From the NCBI GenBank assembly GCA_964016885.1, contig OZ024744.1, forward strand, positions 88,226,001-88,290,000: a stretch of 64,000 bases of DNA, written 5' to 3'. The notes below the pieces were generated by a model. It saw nothing but the letters and a program-made list of their open reading frames with translations. It made no database searches and was not told the origin of the DNA. Shown in pieces: positions 1-14,055 of the stretch. The position numbers and the translations under genes are program-made. Source of the stretch: Eledone cirrhosa. Taxonomy: Eukaryota. Each line of letters begins with the position of its first letter. Positions within the stretch are counted from its first letter, which is position 1.

Positions 1-24
1 ATATATATATATACACACAATAAC

Positions 25-57
<33 letters not shown>

Positions 58-132
58 TATACATATATATATATACACACATATACATATATATATATAT
101 ATATACATATATATACACATATACATATACAT

Positions 133-163
<31 letters not shown>

Positions 164-164
164 C

Positions 165-254
<90 letters not shown>

Positions 255-511
255 TTTCGGTTTCCTCCTTATTTCTTCATACATGTTGGCATGTTAGCAT
301 TGCCCCCAGCCTCTTAGAATCACTCCCACTAAAATTTATCGATATCTTCTCATTAAATCTGTCTTCATATTTGAAGGTATTCTTGTATTTTTTTTCACTA
401 CATTTCATTCGTCACTCCATTATTCATTCATTCACTCATTCAGCTAGTCACGTGCTCACTCACTAACACATTGTACGTCATTTCCCTTTTATGTGTGAGT
501 ATGTGTGTGTA

Positions 512-547
<36 letters not shown>

Positions 548-789
548 TGATTTTAAATGTGGGAGTTTTCGTGTGTATTTATATATATACATAAACTCCA
601 CAAAACTTTCACTCACTCTCTCTCTCTCTCTCTCTCTCTCCATATATATATAAATATATATATACACACAAACATACTTATATACATTCATACATACATA
701 CATACATACATACATACATACATACATACATACATACATACACGCATGCATATATACATATATATTTGTGTGTGTGTGTGTATGTGTCC

Positions 790-847
<58 letters not shown>

Positions 848-921
848 CATTAGGTGCATATATGTATGTATGTATGTATGTATGTAAGTGTGTAAGTATA
901 TATGTATGTACACACACACAG

Positions 922-1011
<90 letters not shown>

Positions 1012-1075
1012 GTGTATATATATATATATATATATATGTACGTGTATATATATGTGCGTGTATATATATATATAA
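1..1075. repeat. Compound microsatellite field: (TA)n, (TACA)n, (TG)n, (TC)n
   Basis: Directly visible; the overlapping ORFs are YI/CV/HT low-complexity translations. Confidence 0.95.
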
Positions 1076-1435
1076 GACTCATATTCCTAGTTTTGTTTAG
1101 GCAACTTCCGTTTTATCACAACAAATTTACAATATTTTTCTTTCACTCATCACCCCCACTCTACCCCCAATTTCTCCACAGTTCCTCTCTCTCTCTCTCT
1201 CTCTCTCTCTCCACTTCCGGTACCACCTTCCCCTCCTTCTTCTCTACTTAATCAACCTTCTTTTCGTCTTCCTACTACATGTTTATCGACGTTCAATCTC
1301 TACCTCCGCCCACTTTTGGAAATTTTTCTTTAATCATTTGTGTTTATCGTTTTCTCTTTGTTGTTGTTGTTGTTGTTGTTGTTGCTGTTGTTGTTGTTGT
1401 TGTTGTTGTTGTTGTCGTCGTCGTCGTCGTCGTCG

Positions 1436-1470
<35 letters not shown>

Positions 1471-1514
1471 GCTGTTGTTGTTGTTGTTGTTTGTATTAAT
1501 ATAACAGTCATTAG

Positions 1515-3200
1515 GATCTTCATTAGGAAAATAGATATAAATAGTGTAGGCTGCCCACTTTTTAAAACGGTCGCCTATTCAGATCACAAATGTGTGATCT
1601 GTACGGTCGACCTAGATAAAACGCGTAGGTTAGGACCTGGTTACTGGAAGTTGAACATGTCATTTCCGGCACGTAAGGCTTACAGGGACCCAGTCAACAA
1701 TTTAGTTAAGCAAAAGTTGACAGGAGGGATCATAAACAACAGATGGTGGGGGGGCTCTCAAAAGAGAGATTAGAGTAACTTCGATAGAGTTCAGCAAAGA
1801 ACTAGCGTTAGAGAAAAATAGAAAGGAGGGGGAGCTGATAGATAAGTTAGACGAGGCTATTGGTAGTGGCATTGCAACTGACGTGCTAGCGGCGAGAATG
1901 GCATTAGACCATTTCTTCAATGCCAAACACGAAGGTTGCATTGTCAGAGCTAAGGCGCGTGAGAAACGAGGGAACCAAAGCTGTTAGATGGGCCCGCGTG
2001 GCGGAGGCGCAGCGTAGTAATAAAACCACAATTCGGTCTTTGGCGACCGAGACGGACACGAGATAAGCGATTCCAAACGGATGTGTGAGGCCTTTCGCCA
2101 GCACTTTGCTCGGTTGTTCGGGGAGAGTAGCGAGTCAGAGAGAGTAGCGGATTTCAGTCCCTACCTTGACGGCTTGCCACGCATCTCGACGCTCGACGCT
2201 GAGCGCTGCGAAAGGCCGATTACTTCAGTCAAAATTCAGGACGCCCTTGTCGGCTGCATGAGGCGCACGTCACCCTGTTTGGATGGCCGGCCCTACGAGC
2301 TATACGTAAATATGCCAGACTTGTTCTCCAATCTCCTCGAAACACTCTACTGCAACTGGCAGCAGAATGGGAGTATTCCCAGTTCTGTGAGCAGGGGAGT
2401 GGTGACGCTGATAAGGAAAGACGAGAACAAGAGGGATACATTAGACAACTTCAGGCCCATAACTCTGCTCAACACAGAGTTTAAGATTTTGGCCAAAGTG
2501 TTAGCAAAGAGATTGGCGCTTGTCGTCGAGGATTTGGTTGGGGAGGCGCAAACTTGCGCAATCCCAGCCAGGTCCATACACGACAATCTCCACCTCATGC
2601 GATACATCATAGACTTGTGGAGTTATGTCGAACAGCTACTGTAGCGTGTGGAACGAATTCGGCTATCGGCCGAATCCATAGTGAAGATCGACCCGCCGCC
2701 TTCCTTAGGTCAGGAAGAGCAGGACATTTTCCTCTGTCTGGTGGCAGTTGCGAAAGAGGTTATATGGTGGACCAGATTAAAAGGACTGAATACAGACACT
2801 TTACTCTTCGGCCAATCCCTCATCAACTTCTTCAAGTTTCACCTGGAAAGGAGAGTGAGGGTGGAGAGACAAGTGCTGCCCTCCCCAGTACACTTGCTAT
2901 GTACTGGGGATGCGCCTATGAGCTAGCTAACCTGAGGAGAAGGGTGCTCTCCCTGGATGCACTAGAAGGGCAGAGTGGTTCAGGATTGGTGGGGTACCCG
3001 TGTCACCCCAGGGTCGTCCACCCCCTAGAGGGGAATTTATTTTGTTATATTTATGTATAGTTTATTTTATATTCTTACATCTTCATTGTTAAATTAGTCT
3101 TGGCATTGTGCACTTTTACTCGACCTTGTTGTAAACCCCCACTGTCCCTGTCTTTGTATTGTCCCCTACATGTCGGCCCTTGTGGCTAATAAATGAAATC
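1515..3200 (+). mobile_element. Tx1/L1-clade non-LTR retrotransposon remnant, 5'-truncated and internally deleted
   Basis: APE C-terminal motifs SDHKCV and GPGYWKLN; RT N-terminal motifs PCLDGRPYELY, GVVTLIRK, NFRPITLLNTEFKILAKVLAKRL, QTCAIPARSIHDN. Jumps near 2612 to a C-terminal region (AKEVIWWTR). Frameshifts and stops present. AATAAA at ~3188 followed by a (TTA)n tail. Confidence 0.85.
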
Positions 3201-3201
3201 A

Positions 3202-3392
3202 CTATTATTATTATTATTATTATATTACTATTTTCATCGCCATCCTCCTCATCATCATCCTCATCATCATAATCTTCATCATCATCATCATCATAATCAT
3301 CAATATCATCGCCATCACCCTCCTCCTCATCGCCATCCTCATCATCATCATCCTCATCATCGCCATCCTCCTCCTCCTCCTCCTCCTCCTCC

Positions 3393-3450
<58 letters not shown>

Positions 3451-3872
3451 AATAATAATAATAATCATCAACAACAACATCATCGCCATCATCATCATCA
3501 TCATCATCTTCAATATTATTTCTTTCTATCCACTTTTATCAAACAATGTGGAATCATCGTGGTGTGTAAACCGAGCACTCACCCATCCTCCCACAACAGC
3601 TTCCACTACACATCATCTACACCTTCATCTTCAAAAATGGTTGCTTCGCCGTCTTAGATACTGCCAACATCATCACTTCATTCTCATCCTCTTCCATTCC
3701 ACTTACTCTTCATCCGTCACTTCTCAGCCTCCTACTTCATAACTTTCCCCACCCTCATATGCTTCGTTTTTAGTTAGTTGAACTTCTCTTACCGTCCTTT
3801 ATCCCCACCTTCCTGTCCACACGCCCTTATATTAGAGTTCCAAGAAGTTGTCAAAGAACGCCGTCTTCTTCT

Positions 3873-3904
<32 letters not shown>

Positions 3905-4036
3905 TTCTTCTTCTTCTTCTTCTTCTTCTTCTTCTTCTTCTTCTTCTTCTTCTTCTTCTTCTTCTTCTTCTTCTTCTTCTTCTTCTTCTTCTTCCTATTC
4001 ATCTTCTTTTCCCCCTCCCTTAATCATCCCCCCCCA

Positions 4037-4106
<70 letters not shown>

Positions 4107-4107
4107 G
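3202..4107. repeat. Trinucleotide microsatellite cluster: (TTA)n, (CAT)n, (CCT)n, (CTT)n, (CTA)n
   Basis: Directly visible. Confidence 0.95.
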
Positions 4108-5186
4108 TTTTCTTTATGTAAGTCTGCGGGTCTTTCCTTGAGTTTACAAACAGGCTTTTGGATGTACCAACAAGCAAACAGGCACACAAGCAAACAATCA
4201 GACACACAGACATCAAACAAACAAACATACAGAGAAATAAACAAGACAAGTAGACATGAGACAAACAGACAGACAAACAGACTGACAGACAATCATATTG
4301 ACAATCGGACATGGCGTAAATCGGACATAGACAATATTTCATTATTCAAAAAATATTTTTAAGTGAATAGGATTTAAAAAATACATTTAAAAAATATTTT
4401 TCAATGATTTGTCAGTGAATATGAATTCAAAAATACAAGTTGTTTGTACTTTAAGTATCTATATTTCAGCTTTCTTTAAACAGACGATATTTTAATTATT
4501 AAAATAAAAAACATTTTTAAGTGAAAAAAACAAAAACAATAAACATATAGACATATAAACAGACCCACGGACAACCAACAACAGACAAACGAAGAGGTAT
4601 ACTGAAATAAGACAAACAGACAATTAAAGAAACATACACAGACGTCAAACAACTACATATAGTGAGACAAAGAAAGAGACAATGACAAACCCGTCACCTG
4701 GTACATACTGCCTAGTACTGCAGTTTCGTAAAACAAAGCTTTTAACAGAGATGCACTCATTACGGTCATACTTTGCATAGAGCATAGAGTTACGACGCTT
4801 TACTTCCTGAATTAAAATCCCATCGGGGTTAACTTTTCTTTTAATCCTGAAGTATAAGTCGAAACAATAATTTGTAAGGCAGACGCTAATCGAATGCTAC
4901 TTTGTCGGAATACCACTCTAAACATTTCGAAAACATTTTCCAATGAAGCCGTCTGATGAGCCAACGGGGAATACTCTGCATGGCCACATGATCTACTAGA
5001 AATAGCAACCAAATCTTTCTCGTGTCATAGCATCTTCAATAAGGAAAATGGATACTACATAATGTAATCTTAGACATACAGATAAGATGGCGGGTCGGAC
5101 ATAGCTGGGAGTCTTTAGCTCATCCTTTCCATACACTGACCCTTAACTCCTTAAACCTGACATATATATATATATATATATATATA

Positions 5187-5232
<46 letters not shown>

Positions 5233-5237
<5 letters not shown>

Positions 5238-5286
5238 CGTAAATTAGATTTTCGAACTTTTGTTCGAACATCTAATTTACGGCACA
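5233..5286. repeat. Near-perfect 25-bp fold-back between (TG)n and (CA)n
   Basis: TGTGCCGTAAATTAGATTTTCGAAC-tttt-GTTCGAACATCTAATTTACGGCACA, one mismatch. Confidence 0.85.
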
Positions 5287-5427
5287 TACACACACACAGG
5301 CGAAAAGGGGAAGGCGCAAAATCATATTGTAAGTTTGTGATGAAACGACAGTTACCTAAACAAACCTAGAAATATGAGCACATACATACATATACACACA
5401 TACACACATACATACACGCATACATAC

Positions 5428-5982
5428 ATGATATGGGACGGGGAGAAAAAACATGCACAGTAGTGGAAGTTAGCTGCCCAGCAGATGCCAATATAATATC
5501 AAAGATTAGCGAAAAGGAGAATATTTATTCAGAACTGATGAGAAATCTGCAGATACTCCACCTTGATTACACCTTCAGATTTATGCCTGTGATTATTGGG
5601 GCACTGGGATATGTTAGTAACTGCCTCAATACAAATCTTGAGAAGCTGGGCTTCACAGGAACAGAAAGAACACAACTAGTTTGGAAATTACAAGTACAAT
5701 CCATTAATGGAACAGTAAAAATATGTAAAACATTCCAAAAATGTTGCATCTAATAACTGCATATACACATGTACAGATACAAAGCATATACACATGCACA
5801 CATACAACTCAAAACATCCACATCCACACCTACAATAACATCCATATCTACACACCCATGCATGCATACATAATCTACCTAGTTGATGTTGTGTAAATTC
5901 CAATGAGAGTCTTGTGTCTATGTTAGAAATCGACTCTCTCTCTATTGGGAAACAAATTTGTGAAATTATAAAACCAGAAGAA
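5428..5982 (+). mobile_element. 3' fragment of an R4/Dong-like (REL endonuclease) LINE with (CATA)n tail
   Basis: CTVVEVSCPAD...KENIYSEL...PVIIGALGYV restriction-like endonuclease C-terminus; 3' UTR shared with copies at 10444 and 50959; flanked on both sides by (CATA)n. Confidence 0.8.
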
Positions 5983-6465
5983 CATACATACATACATACA
6001 TACATACATACATACATACATACATACATGCATACATACATACATACATACATACACACACACATACATACATACATACATACATACATACATACATACA
6101 TACACACATACATACACACACACATACATACATACATACATACATACATACATACATACATACATACATACATACATACATACATACATACATACATACA
6201 TACATACATACACACAAATATGGGGATAGCAATAACTACTGGTGTTAATTCAACAGACTAAATCCTTCAGATCAGTCCATCAGCATGGCCGCATTGCAAT
6301 GGCTGAAACCCAGAGAAAGAATTAAACAGGAAACGGTTGAAAACCCAGATAGTTAGTCTAGAAAAAATCGAAGATGCTCTTTTCTTAAAGTGGATGCAAT
6401 ATTCGTTGTTCGTTTGTTATCAAATAGCAAAAAGCCAAATTACTGAATCGCAGAAATATTTTTGT

Positions 6466-6790
6466 AATAATTGTCTCTACTTTAGGCACAAGTCCAGCAA
6501 TTACCCAGTGCATTACTGGTACTTTATTTTATCGACCCCGTAAGGATGAAAGGCAAAGTCAACCTCGGCGGGATTTGAACTCAGATCGTAAAGTGACGTA
6601 ACTATGCTGGAAAGCATGGCGTCCGACCCTCTACTGATACTGCCAATCCATGTAATAATGGTTCCTACATTTAGCACAAGGTCAGCTATTTGAATGGAAG
6701 GTAAAGTCGACTAAATCGACCTCAGTGCGGGACTTGTACTTTACTTTATCGGCACCGTAAGGATGAAAGGCAAATCAAACCTCAGAAATA
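6466..6790 (-). mobile_element. Two adjacent tRNA-derived SINE copies (Nin-domain-like, cephalopod type)
   Basis: Reverse complement of the central domain GCCTTTCATCCTTACGG..GTCGATAAA..AAAGTAC is in both copies; reverse-complement B-box GAGTTCAAATCCC is in the first copy. Confidence 0.85.
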
Positions 6791-7102
6791 TTTTTACAAT
6801 AATGTTTCAACTACATATAAGGATTTGTATTGTTAACAAGTATATCACAGGACTTTAATTATTTGTGTATTTAGTTAATTTATTATTTTTATAATATAGT
6901 TGCTTAAATTTTCCAATGAATTGAGAGTAAATCAGAAACGCTAAAAGTCAGAACTTTACAAACATATTTCCATTGGTATTTAAAATGTAGACGGTAGTTT
7001 CTTTAGGCGAATTACGTTTACGAAAAGCCATCTTGCTCTCTGGGTCCAGCCAGAAGCACTACCTATTTCTGGTGGCAGAAGGCGGGAACAAACACCATGT
7101 AA

Positions 7103-7283
7103 TATAATTGTTTCTACTTTAGGCACAAGGCCAGCAATTACCCAGTACATTACTGGTACTTTATTTTATCGACCCCGTAAGGATGAAAGGCAAAGTTGAC
7201 CTCGGCGGGATTTGAACTCAGACTGTAAAGGGACATAACTATGCTAGAAAGCATGGCGTCCAACCCTCTACCGATACTGCCAT
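7103..7283 (-). mobile_element. tRNA-derived SINE, same family
   Basis: Near-full copy with B-box, central domain and ...AGTAGAAACAATTAT 3' end. Confidence 0.85.
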
Positions 7284-7347
7284 CTAATATAATGTTTATA
7301 TATATATAAATGAGTGTATGTGTGTGTCTGTAATAATGTGTACATAT

Positions 7348-7530
7348 AACCCCGACGGCAGAGCTCAAGGCGTTTCGACGGCTATTTCTGGACCTAGAAG
7401 TAGCCGTCGAAACGGCTTGAGCTCTGCCGTCGGGGTTAAAAATGTTCATATTACCCACTCTATAACCCTAAGTATTGAGTACTCTGGTGCGTTATGGTCC
7501 ATCTGGTTCCTTACCACACCTCCTTCGTTA
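7348..7530 (+). mobile_element. Penelope-type terminal repeat (family A) with 5' fold-back
   Basis: AACCCCGACGGCAGAGCTCAAG...CTTGAGCTCTGCCGTCGGGGTT hairpin, then the TTGAGTACTCTGGTGCGTTATGGTCCATCTGGTTCCTTACCAC end running into (TA)n; the same end follows the Penelope-like RT at 60840-60995. Confidence 0.7.
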
Positions 7531-7755
7531 TATATATATATATACATATACACACACACACATATATATGCATATATATATATATATATATATAAAAACA
7601 CACACAATTGTTCATGTATGAAAGTGTGTACATATGAATGCTTATATATACGAATGCTTATATATACATATGAATGCTTATATATACACACACGCAGATT
7701 CTGTTTTCACCTGACTACCTGAAAGTCTGTTCATTCTCTTTCATCCTTTCTCTCT

Positions 7756-7847
<92 letters not shown>

Positions 7848-8472
7848 ATAGTTCTTTCATTATTCGTCCTTATTTTTCTGTGATGTCACTTGTCTCCTTC
7901 ATCACCAATCTTTGTCTGACTTTGTCTTCTCTTCGTTTTGTTTCTGCCGGTCTGTCTGTGTGTCTATAGCTAAACCAACCAGCTCATGTCTTGTGAATAA
8001 TGCATCGTTGATATCAAAAATCAAACCAAAAACGAAAAATAAAAAATAAAAAATAAAAAGCAAAAGCAAACCAAATCAAACCAATTCTAACCCAAACCAA
8101 GTGGGTCGGTATAGTAGGAGGAAACGAGTTTTGGAGTTGCAGAAAAGATTACGCCGCCATTGTTCCACGTTTTCGTTGATTTCTTTGCATCTTTTGCTAT
8201 CTAAACGGACATGAAGACAAGATAGAACTAAATTTGTATTCAAGGAGCCATCATTGTTCAGCATAGGATTTTTAACAGGCGAACTTTCGCTGTTTATTCC
8301 TCCACTACATGACGTTCCTTCTTTAATGTTTCGCGCTGGAGAACATCTTGGAGAAGGATAAGCACAAAGGAAGAGGAAGTGTAGGGGGATAGGGTGGTTG
8401 GTTATTGGTGGTATGTATATATAAGTGTATATATATATATATATATATGAATATATATACACACACACACAC

Positions 8473-8503
<31 letters not shown>

Positions 8504-8556
8504 CATATATATATATATATATACATATACATGTATATACATATATATATATAATG

Positions 8557-8605
<49 letters not shown>

Positions 8606-8737
8606 ATGCTTTTAATGTGAATGTTTGAATATACGCGTGGCTATGTGTGTGCGTATGCGCATAAAAAACAGACAGACGGACACGCACTCACACACACACA
8701 CACATATACGTATGTAGATGTAGATGTATATATACAC

Positions 8738-8778
<41 letters not shown>

Positions 8779-8814
8779 AATATATATATATATAAATATA
8801 TATACATATACACA

Positions 8815-8873
<59 letters not shown>

Positions 8874-9032
8874 TTATGTATATGTGTGTGTGCGTGTTAT
8901 TGCAACTGTATGAAAAAGGTTGATATATCTACATTTATGTATGTATGCACACAGACACACACACAAACAAACACACACAGAACCGCTTAAGCATGTGTAT
9001 TTGTATATATAGTTACAGCTATATACGTACTT

Positions 9033-9087
<55 letters not shown>

Positions 9088-9188
9088 TGTAGCTCTGATT
9101 CATATGATTCATCGAGCGCTTGCCACACATATCGGACGTTGATTTTCGTTAATTCCTGAGCTGAAAACGATTCTCGCTAATTTATATT

Positions 9189-9267
<79 letters not shown>

Positions 9268-9579
9268 CTGCACTATTGGTTGTAGGTGACTTGTTTCATG
9301 TATATAAATGTGCGTTTTTCCCGCTTTGTGTACATAGATATACGTTAGTCAGATAGATGACATTGGAAATTTTTTTTCGCTTTGAACCTGTGTGTGTGCT
9401 TGTGTGATTGTAGGTATGAACATATACTTGATATACATATGTTTCTGCCATTGAAATTGTATATTTCTGAGGGTCTTTTATTCGAGAGTCTATGATCATC
9501 TATGTGTTTCTTTAGTTTTTTTTTGGGGGGGGGGGGGGGGGCTTTTTGTATGTGTGTATGTATGTATGTATGTATATAT

Positions 9580-10420
9580 TAAGCTCTTGTGCTTCAGCAA
9601 CGACTCCGTTGGAGTGGTCACCTTGCCAGGATGAAGGATTCTAGAATACCAAAATAACTCTTTTATGGAGAGTTAGTTAAAGGAAAACGACCGCCACATA
9701 AACCAAAAAAAGAGGTATAAGGGTTCCTTGAAAGCGGTCTTTGAAAGACGCTAACATCGCTGCTGATACATGGGAAAATATTGCTGCTGATCGTAATAAA
9801 TGGAGAAAGACTGTATATGAGGGAAAAGTTGCCTTTGAGGCATCTCGAATCGCATACGAGAAAGTAAAGCGGGATGTGAGGAAGGGCATTGCTGTTGCAC
9901 TTCAAGACGGCGAGGGTCCTCCTATGGTGCTGACATGCAGCGTCTGTGCGAGACTCTGCCTAAGCAAAGCTGGACTCGAAAGTCATCTTCGCAGTCATAA
10001 AGTAAGACCAGTGGTCGACTACCAGGCTGCTGTTGGAGATGCTACTCATCATGCTTGCCAAGCATGTGGTAGAGAATGTAAATCAGCAGGAGGGCTCAAG
10101 CGACATGCAAAAGTACATGAACTCCAACCACAGCCGGCTATTCCCAGTGAATGGTTTGGTTGCCGACTCTGTGCAAGATATTTTAGATCATTGGCTGGGC
10201 TAAAAAGAAACATTCGATCGCAGCACTGTTAATTGCTATCGTGTGTGTGTGTAGATATGTTTATGTGTGTGCGTGTTTTTATATATATATATGTATATTA
10301 TTATTGTTGTTGTTGTTGTCGTTATTATTATTGTTGTTATTATTATTATTATTGTTATTATTATGTTATCTTTTTCTCGTGCAATGACCGTACTCAATAG
10401 AGAGGGGGAAGCCATCTTGT
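9580..10420 (+). mobile_element. 3' fragment of an RTE-clade LINE with three C-terminal C2H2-like zinc fingers
   Basis: RLRWSGHLARM..RIPK.LFYGEL..GKR and DTWENIAADRNKWR RTE motifs; fingers CSVC..HLRSH, CQAC..HAKVH, CRLC..NIRSQH; in-frame stop and frameshift; (TATG)n at both ends. Confidence 0.85.
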
Positions 10421-10443
10421 ATATATGTGTATACGTATGTATG

Positions 10444-11495
10444 TTCTTCTGGTTTTATAATTTCACAAATGTTTGCCAATAGAGAGAGAGTCGGTTTCTA
10501 ACGTAGACACAAGACACTCGTTGGAATTTACACAACATCAACTAGGTAGATATGTATGTATGCATGTGTAGATATGGATGTTATTGTATGTGTGGATGTG
10601 TATGGTTGGAGTTGTAAGACTGCATGTGTATAAGCTTAGTATCTGTACATGTGTATATGCAGTTATTAGATGCAAAATTTTTGGAATGTTTTACATAATT
10701 TTACTGTTCCATTAATGGATTGTACTTGTAATTTCCTAACTAGTTGTGTTCTTTCTGTTCCTGTGAAGCACAGCTTCTCAAGATTTGTATTGAGGCAGTT
10801 ACTCACATATCCCAGTGCCCCAATAATCACAGGCAAAAATCTGAAGGTGTAATCAGGGTGGAGTATCTGCAGATTTCTCATCAGTTCTGCATAAATATTC
10901 TCCTGTTCGCTAATTTTTTATATTATATTGGCATCTGCTGGACAGCTAACTTCCACTACTGTGCATGCTTTCTTCTCCCTGTCCCATATCATAATATCTG
11001 GTCTGTTATGCCTGCCTTTTATTGGGGTTTTTACTGGAACATTCCACCAGTACTCTTTCATATTATGTACATGGATGTCTTCCACATTGTTGTTGCTTTT
11101 AATGTGTTTATTATCGGGGCTATCTTTTCTACGGATTGCATCGTACAGTGTTTTGGCCACTACATCATGCCTCATAGGTAGATAGTACTGCGATGACATA
11201 TTTGGACAGCTGTTGATGACATGGGTGATATCCTCGATGTTAGTTCTGTAGAGTCTGCACTTGTTATCACATCTAGGTGTTTTGCCTGCATCCCTATCTC
11301 TTTTATGAATCAGGTATTTCGTGTTGATTTTCTGTTCTTGGATTGCAAAAGCGTATCCTTCAAAGTGGGAGCCAATATAGCGGTTGTTGGTCCAAGATAG
11401 ACTACTTTGTTTATCTATATTACTCTCACTCTGGAGCTTCTTGGCAACATATCTATGCATGATTTTTTTTTTTATAAGCATGCAGTTTTTCATCT
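10444..11495 (-). mobile_element. R4/Dong-like LINE 3' portion (CCHC knuckle and REL endonuclease), degenerate
   Basis: FAIQEQ.INT, KCRLY..NIEDITHVINSC, RHDVVA, NRPDIMIWDR, VVEVSCP, PVIIGALG; 3' UTR matches 5750-5982. Confidence 0.85.
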
Positions 11496-11676
11496 TTGGA
11501 TTCGACGGCTATTTCTGGACTTTGTCGTCCAGAAATAGACGTCGAAACGGCTTGAGCTCTGCCGTCGGGGTCTTGAACATTTTCCTATATATTTCCAGAA
11601 ATAGCCGTCGAATCCAAGGTTGAAAAACTGCATGCTTATAAAAAAAAAATCATTCGACGATGGTTGCCGAGCTGTG

Positions 11677-11897
11677 TACGGCTTAATTCGGGCTATTTGT
11701 TTACAAACAAACCGAACATTATAATAAATGTTCGGTAAACCCATACGTACATATATATATATATATATGTGTGCATGTATGTATATATATACATACTACT
11801 GTACGTCTGTACACATATATGTATGTAGGTATACATACTTATATTTAGGTATCAGCCATACTAGAGTGAGAAATGAAATTTCGTTTCATTCTTTTCC

Positions 11898-11900
<3 letters not shown>
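11677..11900. repeat. Dispersed repeat family C, also at 14095-14260 and 14472-14750 in the opposite orientation
   Basis: Shared GTTTACAAACAAACCGAACATTATAATAAATGTTCGGTAAACC and GAGTGAGAAATGAAATTTCGTTTCATTCT segments; ends in (TA)n. Confidence 0.7.
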
Positions 11901-11981
<81 letters not shown>

Positions 11982-13242
11982 CACATACATACATCATGCA
12001 ACACTTTGTTGAGTTAAGCTATTTTACCGCCCCCACGTTCCATTTTCCTCTCCTATCACGTGATTCTTGTCCCGCTCTTTTATCTCGGTTTTTCTCGCCG
12101 TCCAGTGTTTGTTTGTGGATGTATAATTGTAAAAGACCTTCGACATTTAACTCTATACTTACTTGATTAGGAAACAAATATATTAGATTTTCTTCTGCTT
12201 TAGTTACTTTTGCTCGTCATGGAGATCTGGATGACGAGATGTCTCCATTGCAAAACTGCTCCAGGTCAGTTACTTGCTCGACATTTCTCTAGCAATTTTG
12301 ATTAATTAAGACACGCATCCCACCCCTCTTCTCAACACAAGTGAAAAGTACCCTAGCGTTTTGAAGACAAATGGTACGGTGGTTTCCTAACACTAGATTG
12401 ACCCTCAATTTTGGTCGTCTGCCGGAGCCAGTTGAGCTTGCAACTGAAATGTCTTCATTCTATTTAGCAAAGAAAATTAAATAACGCTACGTCCAATATT
12501 TAAATAACTGTCTAACCGACCAAAGCGAGCAAAAATTACCCCCATCTTACACTCTACTGATTTTCATAAATCCTCTTCCATCTTCATACCTGAGATGCTG
12601 GGTATTTATTTCAGCACTTTCTTCCAAGGTTTGTTGTTGATGTTTATCTCTGTTTAACCATAATATTTGAAGAAAACAGCACTCTATCACTACTAAAATG
12701 CTATTTTTGTGTGTCACTGTTTCTGCGTCTCTTTCCCTTCTCTCCTCTTCTCTCTCCCTCTTTCTGTCTTTGTATGTGAGTGTGTCTGTGTGTATGCGTG
12801 CTTGTGAGTGAGTGTATATATGCTTGTGTTTGCAACGTAGCCATTTAGAAGATGGCGATGTCTTTCAACTACACAAATTGGCTAAGTTTCAGTGCCGTAG
12901 AGATGTTTATATTTGAATTACTATATCAAATTAAATAGAAACCTCTGTATAATACACAGTGCTTCTTTCTGAGAAACAAACACAATTTTTTTTTAAAGTG
13001 AAGAGGCTTTAGTTGGTTTAAAAGTCCTTCTTACATCTCTCAGTCGATTGACAGCCTGCAGCTATACAACATTGATGTCACGTCGAGCAAGAGACCAGTG
13101 AAATCAGAATAATAAACGCAAAATCAAAAGTAAAATATAAAAATAAAAAGATATTTATAAATATATATAAAAAAAAATGTTTTAATGATTTCTTTGACTA
13201 AGTAAGATGCCTACATTTTTAATAGAATGAGAAAGAGTAAAT

Positions 13243-13458
13243 CATGGTTTCTGATTTAGGCAAAAGGCCAACTATTTGGAGCGGAGGGGAAAGTCGATTA
13301 AATCGACTCCAGTACATTACTGGAGATTTATTTATCGACCTCGTAAGGATGAAAGGTAAAGCTAACCTCGGCGAGCTTTGAACTCAGAACGTAAAGGGAT
13401 ATAACACTATGCTGCGAAGCATAGTGTCTGACGCTCTACTGATTCTGTCCATCCGCAG
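13243..13458 (-). mobile_element. tRNA-derived SINE, same family
   Basis: Diverged B-box and central domain. Confidence 0.8.
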
Positions 13459-13785
13459 GAAATAGTAAAATGAATGTCTTTCCAAAAAGGAAACCAATGT
13501 CATGTTATTATTTAATTTCCCTCTATCGTTTCAACTTGACGGAATTAATTTTTTGCTAAATTTAACTTTACACAATAGTATGCTTTAAATTAAAAAGAAA
13601 CATACTAGAGAAGCATTTCCCAAACATCACTCAAATTGGTGAGCGCTTAAGAATATACTATAGATATATTAAATCAACATTTTTGTTAGGTTAAGCATAA
13701 ACAACGAGAATAAAACAATCATAAGCTTACATTATACAGGCAGGAAATGCAAAGATTGCGTTTCTTACCTACAGTAAATTCGAAT

Positions 13786-14055
<270 letters not shown>

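Noticed and set aside
440-1251. ORF-track proteins rich in YI, CV, HT, ER, poly-H/V/T (here and throughout the window)
   Set aside because: Translations of microsatellites that lack stop codons
4945-5010. Hammerhead at CTGATGAGCCA
   Set aside because: No GAAA follows the potential stem II and no stem I/III can be formed
8076-8400. Long coding exon (NPMLNNDGSLNTNLVL...) with a vague resemblance to known proteins
   Set aside because: Similarity too weak to name a gene; only the AG/GT-bounded sub-segment is kept as a low-confidence candidate
9741-10232. Host C2H2 zinc-finger gene
   Set aside because: Contiguous with RTE RT-thumb motifs, multi-copy, disrupted and microsatellite-tailed
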